A DNA stretch of 64,000 nucleotides from a virus (lineage: Duplodnaviria; Heunggongvirae; Uroviricota; Caudoviricetes). Numbering within the stretch: the first letter of the stretch is position 1; the number at the start of each line of letters is the position of its first letter. Position numbers and translations under genes: made by a program. Shown here one piece after another: positions 30,566-40,350 of this stretch. The stretch is taken from the IMG/VR virus record IMGVR_UViG_3300029605_000001; one strand, written 5' to 3'. The notes beneath the pieces are model-generated. The model did no database searches. It was not told the origin of the DNA and worked only from the letters and a program-made list of their open reading frames with translations.

Positions 30566-31435
30566 TTATTCTTCTAATGTTATCCCTCTACTTTCTGCTA
30601 CTAGCTTTAATTGTCTTATTCTTTCTTCCCATTGTTCAATGTGAAATAATACTTCGTTTTCTAACCTAAACAATACTTTATTTCTTAATACAGTTAATTG
30701 GTCTGTAGTAAGTTCTGAATATTTCTTAGGCTTAAGATTAATCATTGCTCTTAATTCATTAAAATTAAGACCAGTAGGCTTAACTACTAATTCAACAGAT
30801 GGTTTTAACCCTAATCTTTCTTTAATAAGTTCTGGTTTCTTTCTCGGATTACCATCAGAATCCTTTTCATCAAATTCCTTAAGTTCAGATGGAGTAAGAT
30901 ATACACCCATATTAAGTATGAAACTAAAAGTTATGTGTTTATTATCAAACCATCCTAGTTGATCCAATCCTCCATCTAGAACATCTTCAATAGAAATTCT
31001 TCCAAATTCTCTTGGAAGACCTCCAGATATAGAAGAAATACTAATATTCTTAAGTTCATTAGAAGGAAATTCATTCTTATGGGCATTCATATAAGCTCTA
31101 ATATCCTGTATATATAAATGTCTAGGATAAGGTTTATTGTCTGCACAAATAGATCCTGACTCTAACTTTCTTAAAAATAGTTCAACGTTACATTTATTAC
31201 GTTGTTCTTCTATAATTTTCAATAGAACATATCTGCCTGGATTTAACTTATCAGTGCTATATAGCATGGATTTACAATGCTTATAAAATTGATTTAATTG
31301 CTCAGGAGTAGTATCAACTAATTTAATTTCTTCCTGGGTTCCATCAGATTTTCTAGCAAGTTTCCAAACAAATGATTTAATATCATTATTCTTTGCTTCT
31401 ATAGCTTCCATAAGTTTTTCTTTCATTACTGTCAT
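30566..31435 (-). CDS. hypothetical protein
   Basis: 289-aa minus-strand ORF. Confidence 0.35.
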   Translation of the reverse strand: MTVMKEKLMEAIEAKNNDIKSFVWKLARKSDGTQEEIKLVDTTPEQLNQFYKHCKSMLYSTDKLNPGRYVLLKIIEEQRNKCNVELFLRKLESGSICADNKPYPRHLYIQDIRAYMNAHKNEFPSNELKNISISSISGGLPREFGRISIEDVLDGGLDQLGWFDNKHITFSFILNMGVYLTPSELKEFDEKDSDGNPRKKPELIKERLGLKPSVELVVKPTGLNFNELRAMINLKPKKYSELTTDQLTVLRNKVLFRLENEVLFHIEQWEERIRQLKLVAESRGITLEE

Positions 31436-31470
31436 ATATAAATTCTCATACTAATTAAAAATTTAAAAGG

Positions 31471-31779
31471 TTATCTAATTATAAACTCGTGATTATCAGA
31501 ATTTGTTTTTTGAATAAATTTTATAAACTGAACTGCATTATAATTATATGGTATCATATTACTACCATCAAACCATTTATCAATCCCGGCTCTAACTTCT
31601 TCAAAATTCAAATATCCTACTTCACCTATCTGTATTATTCTATGATTCCAATTAGGATATCTAGTACACATAATATACTTAGTGGACTTGATTATTTCCT
31701 CATCTAAACATTTAAATACATATGTAGTATAACCAAGTGTGTCAGATTCTTTAGCTACAAGCTCTGCAAGAACTGTCAT
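31471..31779 (-). CDS. hypothetical protein
   Basis: 102-aa ORF. Confidence 0.3.
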   Translation of the reverse strand: MTVLAELVAKESDTLGYTTYVFKCLDEEIIKSTKYIMCTRYPNWNHRIIQIGEVGYLNFEEVRAGIDKWFDGSNMIPYNYNAVQFIKFIQKTNSDNHEFIIR

Positions 31780-31782
31780 ACA

Positions 31783-31998
31783 TTACTTGTTATTTTTTGA
31801 TTCGTAATAAATACATCCATATGCAGCAAAGTTAGATGCACATTTATCTATATTAGCAAAACAAGGATATCTAATACATTGTTTGCAGGTCCTATTTGGA
31901 AACTTTAATTTTACACCATACTCATCTTTCTCTATATTTATTTTAGTAAAAGCCATACTATTAGCCCAGCACAGACTGTTATTCCTCCAATTTTCCAA
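31783..31998 (-). CDS. small Cys-rich protein
   Basis: 71 aa with CxxC...C...C spacing (CKQCIRYPCFANIDKC). Confidence 0.25.
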   Translation of the reverse strand: MENWRNNSLCWANSMAFTKINIEKDEYGVKLKFPNRTCKQCIRYPCFANIDKCASNFAAYGCIYYESKNNK

Positions 31999-32342
31999 AC
32001 TACTAAGGAAGTATTTTTGGATTTTATATCCTTGTTAAGATCCTTAATTTTATCCTCGTAAAAGGAGGTAAGAGATTTATAAGTATCAAGTTGGATACTC
32101 TTTATAGAATCAGACCTTAATAATAAATTATTATCTTCCTTGTAATTATTTACTTGTTCAGTAAGAAGTAAATTATCTTTTAGTAGTCTACTATGCTCAA
32201 GAAAAATGATATTTGCCTCTTTTAATTGTTTAGAAGTTATTGATACTATCGTATCTTGAGAAGTAATTCTTGAGGTAGTCTGAGAAAAAGATATAGTCGT
32301 CTGTGACAGAGTTATTAATAATAATATTAAGATCTTCTTCAT
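31938..32342 (-). CDS. hypothetical secreted or membrane protein
   Basis: N-terminal hydrophobic segment MKKILILLLITLSQ and C-terminal transmembrane helix. Confidence 0.3.
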   Translation of the reverse strand: MKKILILLLITLSQTTISFSQTTSRITSQDTIVSITSKQLKEANIIFLEHSRLLKDNLLLTEQVNNYKEDNNLLLRSDSIKSIQLDTYKSLTSFYEDKIKDLNKDIKSKNTSLVVWKIGGITVCAGLIVWLLLK

Positions 32343-32565
32343 ACTGTAATTTATTCTCTTTTAAGTTTATATATACAGTATCTATTCTATCTCTTAATGA
32401 ATCTCTGTAATTTTTTATAATGGTTAAACTAGATTCTAGTGAATCTATTTTATTAATATACTCACTAGAATCTATAGTTGTGTTATTAGGACTAAGTAAT
32501 AAATAACCTAATACTATATTAGCAATAATAGAAATTATGAGAGTAATTCTTATTGCTTTTTGCAT
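32230..32565 (-). CDS. hypothetical membrane protein
   Basis: N-terminal transmembrane helix IRITLIISIIANIVLGYLLL. Confidence 0.3.
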   Translation of the reverse strand: MQKAIRITLIISIIANIVLGYLLLSPNNTTIDSSEYINKIDSLESSLTIIKNYRDSLRDRIDTVYINLKENKLQYEEDLNIIINNSVTDDYIFFSDYLKNYFSRYDSINNF

Positions 32566-33107
32566 TTATTACCTTTTCTATTTCTAATCCATGTAAGGTA
32601 CTTCATTGCGTTATCAAGGAATGTAGGATTATTCTTCAATTCCTCAACTACTGCTTTTTCCAGACCTCCCATATTCTTTTCAATCTCTTTCATCTCAAGA
32701 TTCTTATTATAGGTATCCCTAGAGTCTGCATACCCTTTAATATATTTTTCAGGATTATTCTTCAGATATTCAGCTTCTTGCTTAAGGAATCCTCTAACTA
32801 CAGTAGTATTTATTTGTCCTTTATCATGAGCAAATAAGACAAAGTCAGAGTTATTTGCTCTAGCAGTAGCTTTAAGTATTCCCTTCTCCTCATTGTACTT
32901 ATCCTCAGGATTACAGATTGCAACTCCGAGCTTAACTCCCTTAGTTACGGTTTGCATAGGGATTGCTGTATTTTCACTCACAAATAATACAGATACTTCC
33001 CCATCCTCATAAATGAGTGGTTCACTAATAGCAACCATAATAAAGTGATGGGTCTTGCCAGCGTAGTCAACAAATGAATCCTTTAATACTTCAATACGTT
33101 GTTTCAT
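32550..33107 (-). CDS. hypothetical protein
   Basis: 185-aa ORF. Confidence 0.3.
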   Translation of the reverse strand: MKQRIEVLKDSFVDYAGKTHHFIMVAISEPLIYEDGEVSVLFVSENTAIPMQTVTKGVKLGVAICNPEDKYNEEKGILKATARANNSDFVLFAHDKGQINTTVVRGFLKQEAEYLKNNPEKYIKGYADSRDTYNKNLEMKEIEKNMGGLEKAVVEELKNNPTFLDNAMKYLTWIRNRKGNKCKKQ

Positions 33108-33409
33108 TTTTTCTTTTTCTTTTTAGGTTGATATATACTAAGATTATATTCTTTAATAAATGATTCTGGTGCACCTAGTAAGGTAATTTCTTTTTCTATA
33201 ACAGTATTATTTCTTTTTACTGCCTTCCTAAACCTAATAAATTTGTTTGATTTAAAGAATCTACTCTTAATCTGAGAATATCCATTTTTCCAGTATTTAT
33301 TTATAGACACTTCATACAAAAAATATGGAAGCTTCTCAATAGTAGATCCTTCATATACATACAGGTTATTCCCAGAATGGGGTTTCTCCTGGTAAATATG
33401 TTTTCCCAT
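33104..33409 (-). CDS. hypothetical protein
   Basis: 101-aa ORF. Confidence 0.25.
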   Translation of the reverse strand: MGKHIYQEKPHSGNNLYVYEGSTIEKLPYFLYEVSINKYWKNGYSQIKSRFFKSNKFIRFRKAVKRNNTVIEKEITLLGAPESFIKEYNLSIYQPKKKKKK

Positions 33410-33803
33410 TATAGCTATACTTATTTACCAAACTTTCAGAAAAACCAGTAGTTTGATTAATTTGAGTATACTTAGCAAGTATACTTCCTATATCATGCAT
33501 CCAGCAAGTAGTAGAGTAAGTACTCTTTTGAAATTTACTATTTGGTTTCAGTTGAATAACTAACTTAGCAATCACTGGAATACTCTTTCTCGGCATAGAG
33601 CTTGCTCTCATTTCTGCTTTAAAGAAATGTCTGAGACTTTTTAAGAACTTACGTTCGCTCGAAGTTTTAGTCCATACACTAGGATCTCTTGGTTCAAGAT
33701 CGGGCTGATGAATTCCTAATTGAATCATAAGGTCTTCATCATGGATATCTACCCATTCAATATCGGCAGATTTACTTACATTTTTAGGATTTTCTTGTTT
33801 CAT
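33366..33803 (-). CDS. hypothetical protein
   Basis: 145-aa ORF. Confidence 0.3.
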   Translation of the reverse strand: MKQENPKNVSKSADIEWVDIHDEDLMIQLGIHQPDLEPRDPSVWTKTSSERKFLKSLRHFFKAEMRASSMPRKSIPVIAKLVIQLKPNSKFQKSTYSTTCWMHDIGSILAKYTQINQTTGFSESLVNKYSYNGKTYLPGETPFWE

Positions 33804-33923
33804 ACATGTATATTATTACATTTCGTACACTTATAAGCTTTAATTTTATAGTCATATAAAACTTGACTAGCTATACATCTACAACACGGACATCTAGCTA
33901 TTTTTACTGAAGAATAAGTTACT

Positions 33924-34391
33924 TTATTCATACTGCTTAAAAAATATACTAATGATTTTACTTACACTTTTATTGTTTTTGGAATTGTATGTGTTATTCC
34001 ACATACCATTTCTATATATATATTTAATATCAGAGGATGATATTCCATCTATAATGCATTGGAATGCCTGATCATCAATATTACAATTATTAATAATTCC
34101 ACCTCCTTCTATGTACAAGCAGTAATGATTACAAGTGTACTCTCCAGTAACTGAGGATTTAGGATTATTAGAATTTACTTTATGAATTATTTCATAATGA
34201 GTAAGATCGATTTGTTTTTTAGTATAGTCATATATTACCAACTTGTATTTGACTCCAATCCTATCAAGATGTTTTGATATTAAGTATGCTACATAGCAAC
34301 ATCCTCCATTATTTATATTATATAGATTGTCTAGAAACCAACATAGACTATTTAGAAGTTTCTTAAGCTTATGAGCATTTATATTTTGCAT
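33924..34391 (-). CDS. hypothetical protein
   Basis: 155-aa ORF. Confidence 0.3.
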   Translation of the reverse strand: MQNINAHKLKKLLNSLCWFLDNLYNINNGGCCYVAYLISKHLDRIGVKYKLVIYDYTKKQIDLTHYEIIHKVNSNNPKSSVTGEYTCNHYCLYIEGGGIINNCNIDDQAFQCIIDGISSSDIKYIYRNGMWNNTYNSKNNKSVSKIISIFFKQYE

Positions 34392-34654
34392 AAGTTAGTT
34401 AAAGAGTTCAGTTCATTTTTGTATTCAGTGAAATAAGTCATTAAGCTAATAGCTTCATTTTTATGATTACAGTTCACTCTATACTGTGCTACTAACTTTA
34501 ATGCATACTCTAAACTAACTCCATAAGCTACATTTTTAAATTCAAGTCTTGATTCCTTTCCTCTAGGTTGAATTACATACAGTAACTCAACGTCATACTT
34601 TAGAGATTCCTCACTTACAGGAGTCAATCTAAAGTCCTTTTCTTCAATTATCAT
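34379..34654 (-). CDS. hypothetical protein
   Basis: 91-aa ORF. Confidence 0.25.
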   Translation of the reverse strand: MIIEEKDFRLTPVSEESLKYDVELLYVIQPRGKESRLEFKNVAYGVSLEYALKLVAQYRVNCNHKNEAISLMTYFTEYKNELNSLTNLCKI

Positions 34655-34842
34655 TTTTTGTTACCAGTAATAATTCTTTGTTTAATACTTCCAGGACGAG
34701 TGGTAGCACTTTTAAATCACTGATCTTGTCTATCCCACCAAGCTTGTGCAGCCTTCAAATTTTCTAATTTCTTTCTGTATTTCATACTACTTTAATTATT
34801 AGATTATAGACTAGAAAAAGATAAATTTTTATAGTAAATTCT

Positions 34843-35145
34843 TTATTCTTCTTCTTTCACTTCAGACTCCAAATCATTCCGAATTTCTTCAATTACTTTC
34901 TTTGTGGATTCTCCGTCCGCAATAGTTTGCTTTCTATTAATTAAATCATTGATTACTTTTACATAATCCACATCATCGTCAGCAAGTTTAACTAACAGAT
35001 TTTCATAATCAATAGTAGCCTGTTCTTGTTGCTTTTCGATATTATCTAAAGCACCATCAAGTGCTCTTTTGATACTTCTCTTTTTTATTTCAAGAAGTTT
35101 CTCAGTAAATTTCTTACCTTTTACTATAGCTTCAATTTTCTTCAT
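34843..35145 (-). CDS. hypothetical coiled-coil protein
   Basis: 100 aa, charged heptad-like sequence. Confidence 0.25.
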   Translation of the reverse strand: MKKIEAIVKGKKFTEKLLEIKKRSIKRALDGALDNIEKQQEQATIDYENLLVKLADDDVDYVKVINDLINRKQTIADGESTKKVIEEIRNDLESEVKEEE

Positions 35146-35340
35146 GTTACAAAAAATTTATTTATTAGACACTAGTTATTAATAATGTTTTCTTAGATCT
35201 AATTAACTTAATATCTTCACTTTTATTAACTTTACTACCTGCTCTAGTTATATCAGTTACTAGTGAATTAGAATAGTACTCCACCGGAGTGTTTACTGAA
35301 AGTAGGTATGAATATTCATAAAACATACTATTAAATAAAT

Positions 35341-35748
35341 TTAATTCCACCAATGTCTCATCTTTAATTCTCTTAATCTATTATATAGATGCCAAGCTTT
35401 TTCTATTCTTAAAGCATCTTTAATTATAGGAGAGGAAAAATCAAGCTTATAATCCGGAATAAACCTATATGCATTTTTAGTATTAACATATTTTATGCTA
35501 TGAAATTTCCCTGGAAATGAATAAGTATATGAATTATCTATTTCCAAAATTATATCTAGCAGTTTTATCGCTAAGTTTAAATCCTTAGCTACTTCTTTGT
35601 CACTTACAGATATATTAGAATTAGAGAAATAATCCTTCATACAAATTAGAGCTTGTTTCTCTATAGCTAGTAGGTAACCATGATCATATGCATTAAATTC
35701 TAATACAGACTTTATAAGATTCTTGTATTTACTTTTTCTTAATTTCAT
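35341..35748 (-). CDS. hypothetical protein
   Basis: 135-aa ORF. Confidence 0.3.
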   Translation of the reverse strand: MKLRKSKYKNLIKSVLEFNAYDHGYLLAIEKQALICMKDYFSNSNISVSDKEVAKDLNLAIKLLDIILEIDNSYTYSFPGKFHSIKYVNTKNAYRFIPDYKLDFSSPIIKDALRIEKAWHLYNRLRELKMRHWWN

Positions 35749-36161
35749 AGTAGTTGAGTTGCATTAGAAGCTAATTTATCACAATATTCATTCCATTTGT
35801 CTCCTGTATGCCCTTTGACATGTTTAAATTTAATATCAGGACATAATTGTTTTACTCTAGAAAATTGTTTGTCAAATTCTTCCCAGAGTTTTACATTTTT
35901 CTTACGCTTCCATCCTAAGGTAGCACAACCAATGACATACATAGAGTCAGACACTATAGTGAGAGAGTCTATAGGACTTTTAATAAATCTTAATCCTAAT
36001 ATTACTGCACCTAACTCCATTTGATTATTAGTTACCCCCTTAAATGATTTAGAATATTCCAATATCTTTTCATCTTCGCGTAAAAATACTATTCCTACAC
36101 CTCCCTGGTCTCTTATTGGAGAATAAGCCCCATCGGTTATTAAAGTATAGTTTGTATTCAT
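35745..36161 (-). CDS. rnhA: ribonuclease H (type 1)
   Basis: TDGAYSP...GGVGIV (catalytic D), TNNQMELGAVILGL (E), IVSDSMYV (D), KGHTGDKWNEYCDKLA (H/D). Confidence 0.8.
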   Translation of the reverse strand: MNTNYTLITDGAYSPIRDQGGVGIVFLREDEKILEYSKSFKGVTNNQMELGAVILGLRFIKSPIDSLTIVSDSMYVIGCATLGWKRKKNVKLWEEFDKQFSRVKQLCPDIKFKHVKGHTGDKWNEYCDKLASNATQLL

Positions 36162-36224
36162 AATACTGTATATAAATAATCAAAAAAGTCCTATAAGAGT
36201 AAAAACTCTAAAGGACTCCAAATA

Positions 36225-36854
36225 TTAAGACTTAAGGTAATCAATTACTTTTTGTAATTTGCCTACATCTTCTTTTCTAAGTAAGAAATTATCAAAGTCA
36301 CCAAAACGACTTCGATGTCCGAGTATATATTTAACTGCATTCTTAATGCGTTGAAATATACTACTTTCAGGTCTTAAGTAAATAGACACTTCACGATCTT
36401 CATCATCGGGGAAGTATGAGAAGATCATCTGGTGCTCGGTATTTTCACACTGACAAATAAATAGTACACAGGGACAAGATATATTTGCAATAAAATTATC
36501 TAAACCAGGATAAGGATTATTAATGAGAATTACAGGTAATTCTGTCATATTCGCAATAATCTTTGCAGTAATAGTTTTACCAGTACCTTTAACTCCATTA
36601 AACAATATACCAAGATTTCCAGTAGTATTATTAAATGTTTTTATTATATGTTCAATTAACTTTGATTCCATACCATAAATTTTAAAATCAAAGTTAAATT
36701 TATCAGCATAATCTTCAAGAAAAATTTCACGTCGATCAGGATCAAAATTCATGTTATAAATTCTCCTAGGGAGATTATCTATAACTTTAATTCCATTTTC
36801 AACCTGCTTAAAAATTCTCCCATTTTTAAGCCAAACAGTACTTAAATTTTCCAT
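36225..36854 (-). CDS. P-loop NTPase (AAA-like)
   Basis: Walker A GVKGTGKTITAK. Hydrophobic stretch plus D/E (VLFICQCENTEH) as Walker B. Confidence 0.45.
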   Translation of the reverse strand: MENLSTVWLKNGRIFKQVENGIKVIDNLPRRIYNMNFDPDRREIFLEDYADKFNFDFKIYGMESKLIEHIIKTFNNTTGNLGILFNGVKGTGKTITAKIIANMTELPVILINNPYPGLDNFIANISCPCVLFICQCENTEHQMIFSYFPDDEDREVSIYLRPESSIFQRIKNAVKYILGHRSRFGDFDNFLLRKEDVGKLQKVIDYLKS

Positions 36855-36959
36855 TTAAATAATCTTTTAATTAAGAACTTAATAAATTTTCATAAGTTCT
36901 TAAAATACTCTACTAACAATTTCATCTCTTTACATTATAGTTTTTACTTAAAAAATGTA

Positions 36960-37046
36960 CGCCAAGAGGGATTCGAACCCTCACGCTACTGTTACTTCGC
37001 CCATGATTCTAAGTCATGGATGTCTACCAGTTCCAACATTGGCGCA
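36960..37046 (-). tRNA. tRNA-Leu (anticodon UAG), type II
   Basis: Hand-folded. T-arm GAGGGTTCGAATCCCTC. Anticodon stem CATGA/TCATG with loop CTTAGAA. Long variable arm. Confidence 0.6.
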
Positions 37047-37265
37047 TACACATTTGATAATCAGAACACTTTCTCTAATTAAGATATTTAATTCCCCTAA
37101 TAATTAGAGCAGATAATTATTAACCAATCAAATTATCAGTTAGGAGTATATTAACCTTCAATACTATTGGACTAGTCCAGCTAGTTTCTAATTTAACATA
37201 ATATACAAATGCTATAGAAAAAATTGCTGTAAGTGTTCTTTTATAAAATTATGACAAAAACTTAT

Positions 37266-37553
37266 TTATTCATTAAATCCATATCCAAATCCTAACTTAG
37301 TTACTATATGCTTTCCTACTTGACCTATTTTCTTTCTAAGTCTTGACACTGTAGTATCAACAGCTCTTAATGATACTTCAGTATCCCATACATTTTGCAT
37401 AATCTCTCTCCTAGTGTAAACTTTATTTCTATTATTTAATAGAAAAACTAATAAATTATATTCAGTCTTTGTAAGACTAACTTCCTTACCATCTAAAGAA
37501 CATTCCTTCTTGTCAAGGTCTACTATTAGAGTTTCAAATTCAATTCTATTCAT
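37266..37553 (-). CDS. stand-alone OmpR/PhoB-type winged-helix DNA-binding domain protein
   Basis: LTKTEYNLLVFLLNNRNKVYTRREIMQNVWDTEVSLRAVDTTVSRLRKKI matches the trans_reg_C signature. No receiver domain. Confidence 0.7.
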   Translation of the reverse strand: MNRIEFETLIVDLDKKECSLDGKEVSLTKTEYNLLVFLLNNRNKVYTRREIMQNVWDTEVSLRAVDTTVSRLRKKIGQVGKHIVTKLGFGYGFNE

Positions 37554-37559
37554 ATTTTT

Positions 37560-37630
37560 AATATTTTGTCTCTCCTTCCAGATTCGAACTGGAATTATCT
37601 GTTTAGAAGACAGAGGTTCTCTCCATTGAA
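37560..37630 (-). tRNA. tRNA-Arg (anticodon UCU)
   Basis: Acceptor TCTCCTT/AAGGAGA. Anticodon stem TCTGT/ACAGA with loop CTTCTAA. T-arm TCCAGTTCGAATCTGGA. Confidence 0.6.
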
Positions 37631-37736
37631 CTAAGGAGAGGAAAAGGACAATTTAGTTTTAGGGTTATTCTAGACTCACTATAAAAGGTTATATAGTAAT
37701 ATAAATTACAACTACTTGTCCTTTTTAGCAGAACAC

Positions 37737-37806
37737 TTACTTTTAAGGATTCGAACCTCTCCTCTCAATTAGGAATTGAGTGCGCTACTATTACGCTATA
37801 TGTTCT
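37737..37806 (-). tRNA. tRNA-like gene, probable Arg (anticodon CCU); acceptor stem not resolved
   Basis: D-stem GCGT/GCGC. Anticodon stem CTCAA/TTGAG with loop TTCCTAA. T-loop GGTTCGAATCC. Confidence 0.35.
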
Positions 37807-37911
37807 ATAAATGGCGAACAAAGAAAGTAAAATTTTGCTGTATGTGTTCTTATAGCTTGTAAATATAAGTCCTAACTAATTAAAGTTAATAAAAGTTAAG
37901 GAACTTAAGCA

Positions 37912-39825
37912 TTACTTAACCTCCTCAAAGGGCTCATCGAATACTTGTTTGTCTCCTTTAGAACTGTCTGTAGCTTTCTTGCCGATCAATTGCTTAATTG
38001 TATCAGCAAAAGGAATAGACCGCAAGAGTTCAAATGCTGGGTTGAGATTCTCAGCTGTCTTAGCCATAAAGTTACCAGCGGTATTCTCATTTCCATAAAC
38101 AGTAACACTGCCAAGATGAATATGTTCAAACATCTGAGCGGAAGCATCTGCAATATTCTTAAGCTGATCAACTGTTTTATAGTTAACCACCATCTCTGGA
38201 GTAAGGCCTGATTCAATCATTTTCTCAACTGCCAACGCAGGAGCAAGTTCAATAGCTTGAACTTTATCCGCCTCAGCCATTAAAGACGCTCTTTTACCCT
38301 CAGCTTCTGCAAGAAGTTTTTTACGAGTACCTTCAGCCTCAGCCTCTAATTGCAATCTTGTAGCATTAGCTCTAGCCTCAGCCTCTTTAGTAATTTCAGC
38401 AGCTTTAGCCTCTGCTTCAAGAATAGCTTTCTGCTTAATTGCTTCTGCCTCAATTGTAATTTTTTCCTTTTGTGTCTGTGCTGGAACAATAACTTCTGCA
38501 GTTAATTGAGCTCTAGCAGCTAAAGCTGCTGCTTCATTAACTTCAATTTGTCTCTCTTGCTTAGTTTTTTCAATAGCCATTTGTGCCTCTACTTTAGAAG
38601 TACCTGCTATCTTTTCAGCTTCTGCTTCGGCTTGGGCAGCTTCTCCTCTTGCCTTTGATACCTCAATGGTAGCTTTCTGTTCAGCTACTCCAGCAGCTTT
38701 ATCAGCCTCAGCAGCTCTTTGACGCTTTTGTGATTCATATTCAGCTACTTTAGCTTCCTGCTCATTGATAGCTTTTTGAGTTTCGGCTTCCTGTTCTTGC
38801 TCAGCTTTAGCTACACGAATTTGCTTCTGAGCCTCTGCTTCTGCTTGAGCTGAAGCTGCCTCTGCTTCAGATTTAGCTACAGATGCTACTGCTTCTGCCT
38901 TACGAGCTGCTGTAGCTGCCTCTGCTTCGGCCTGTGCCTTAGCTACATTAGCTGCCTTCTCAGCCTGCTGATTTGCTACACCAGATTCCTTAACCTTGTC
39001 AGCCTCTGCCAACTTGATTTCTTTCTCCTGATTAATTTCAGCCACACGTACTTCTTGTTGCTGCTTAGTTTCTGCAACTTTAGTTGCTCTTTCTTTCTCA
39101 GCATCAGCAACTGCTATTTGACGCTCCTTCTCAGTTTCAGCTATTTGTACATCACCTTTCTTTTTCTCCTCAGCTATATCCGCAAGAGCTTGGGCTTCAG
39201 CCTTGGTAGCAGCTTTCTTACCCAAATTCCTGATATAATTAGCGTCATCAGTGATATCTGCATTATTAATATTGATAATACTGAATCCAACCTTATTGAG
39301 CTCAGTTTCAATATTTTCCTTAGCCTTACCAAGAAATTTTACTCTATCAGCATTGATTTCCTCAATAGTCATTGTAGCCATGAGACTACGCATTTCTCCT
39401 ATTAGGATATCTCTAATTTGTTCAGATATTTCAGTAGAAGAAGCAGTCAAGAAGCGACTAGCTGCATTCTGCATTAGGACATTAGAAGTTCCAATACCAG
39501 TAGTTAATGTTACTGGAATAGAGACTTTAATCATTTGACTAGAAACTCCAACCACTGAGGTCTGTATTTGAATAGGTTTAAGAGACATCTTTCTCCAATC
39601 CTGTATAATTGGAAATACAAAGGTTCCACCTCCATGTATAATCTTAGAGGGTAAGATTATAGTCTCTTTCTTACCAGTTTCTGGATTAACCTTAGTAGTC
39701 TTTCCAGCTTTACCAAACACTACTAGAATCTCGTCACTTGCACATCTTCTGTAACGTGACATAAGACCAATGATAGTCAATATTACTAAAATAATGACTA
39801 CCCCTGCAAAAATTAAATTAACCAT
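37912..39825 (-). CDS. SPFH/band-7 (flotillin-like) protein with a long Ala/Glu/Lys-rich coiled-coil
   Basis: N-terminal transmembrane helix. SPFH-like region. About 300 aa of AEAEA/KAEA repeats. Confidence 0.6.
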   Translation of the reverse strand: MVNLIFAGVVIILVILTIIGLMSRYRRCASDEILVVFGKAGKTTKVNPETGKKETIILPSKIIHGGGTFVFPIIQDWRKMSLKPIQIQTSVVGVSSQMIKVSIPVTLTTGIGTSNVLMQNAASRFLTASSTEISEQIRDILIGEMRSLMATMTIEEINADRVKFLGKAKENIETELNKVGFSIININNADITDDANYIRNLGKKAATKAEAQALADIAEEKKKGDVQIAETEKERQIAVADAEKERATKVAETKQQQEVRVAEINQEKEIKLAEADKVKESGVANQQAEKAANVAKAQAEAEAATAARKAEAVASVAKSEAEAASAQAEAEAQKQIRVAKAEQEQEAETQKAINEQEAKVAEYESQKRQRAAEADKAAGVAEQKATIEVSKARGEAAQAEAEAEKIAGTSKVEAQMAIEKTKQERQIEVNEAAALAARAQLTAEVIVPAQTQKEKITIEAEAIKQKAILEAEAKAAEITKEAEARANATRLQLEAEAEGTRKKLLAEAEGKRASLMAEADKVQAIELAPALAVEKMIESGLTPEMVVNYKTVDQLKNIADASAQMFEHIHLGSVTVYGNENTAGNFMAKTAENLNPAFELLRSIPFADTIKQLIGKKATDSSKGDKQVFDEPFEEVK

Positions 39826-39828
39826 ACT

Positions 39829-40338
39829 TTAGTTTTTTGATATATAATATATTCCGTTATTGTAATTACATATTTTTACTTTATCTCCGGGGACTATATC
39901 ACCTGGAGAATAACTGTAACTGCAACTAATTTCTCTACCATCCTTAAGTCCACAAATACATGTAAACTTTTGATAATTAGGAACGTACACAGTTGCTATT
40001 TCTCCTATTAATTCAGTGCTATCTTTAACTGTAGGTTCTGATTTAAATTTCATACATAGAATATATACAAAATAAAGAACTATAACCATAGCAATTCCCA
40101 TTACTATAGCAACAATTACAGAGACGGTAGTTACTTTATTATATAACATTAACCATCCCGAAAACCCCATTAAGAAGTGAATTAATCCTTTAAATGAGAC
40201 TAAATCACTAACACTAAAGTCAACTTCTCCATCAAAATCAATATCTAAGTCTGTATCTACCAGTCCTAAGTTTGATAAGATGAATTGTATAATAAATATA
40301 CCATAGGAGATAATCCCTAAAATATGATACCATTCCAT
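39829..40338 (-). CDS. NfeD-like membrane protein (partner of SPFH proteins)
   Basis: Three N-terminal transmembrane helices then a C-terminal OB-like soluble domain. Immediately upstream of the SPFH gene. Confidence 0.45.
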   Translation of the reverse strand: MEWYHILGIISYGIFIIQFILSNLGLVDTDLDIDFDGEVDFSVSDLVSFKGLIHFLMGFSGWLMLYNKVTTVSVIVAIVMGIAMVIVLYFVYILCMKFKSEPTVKDSTELIGEIATVYVPNYQKFTCICGLKDGREISCSYSYSPGDIVPGDKVKICNYNNGIYYISKN

Positions 40339-40350
40339 ATCTTATTCTTT

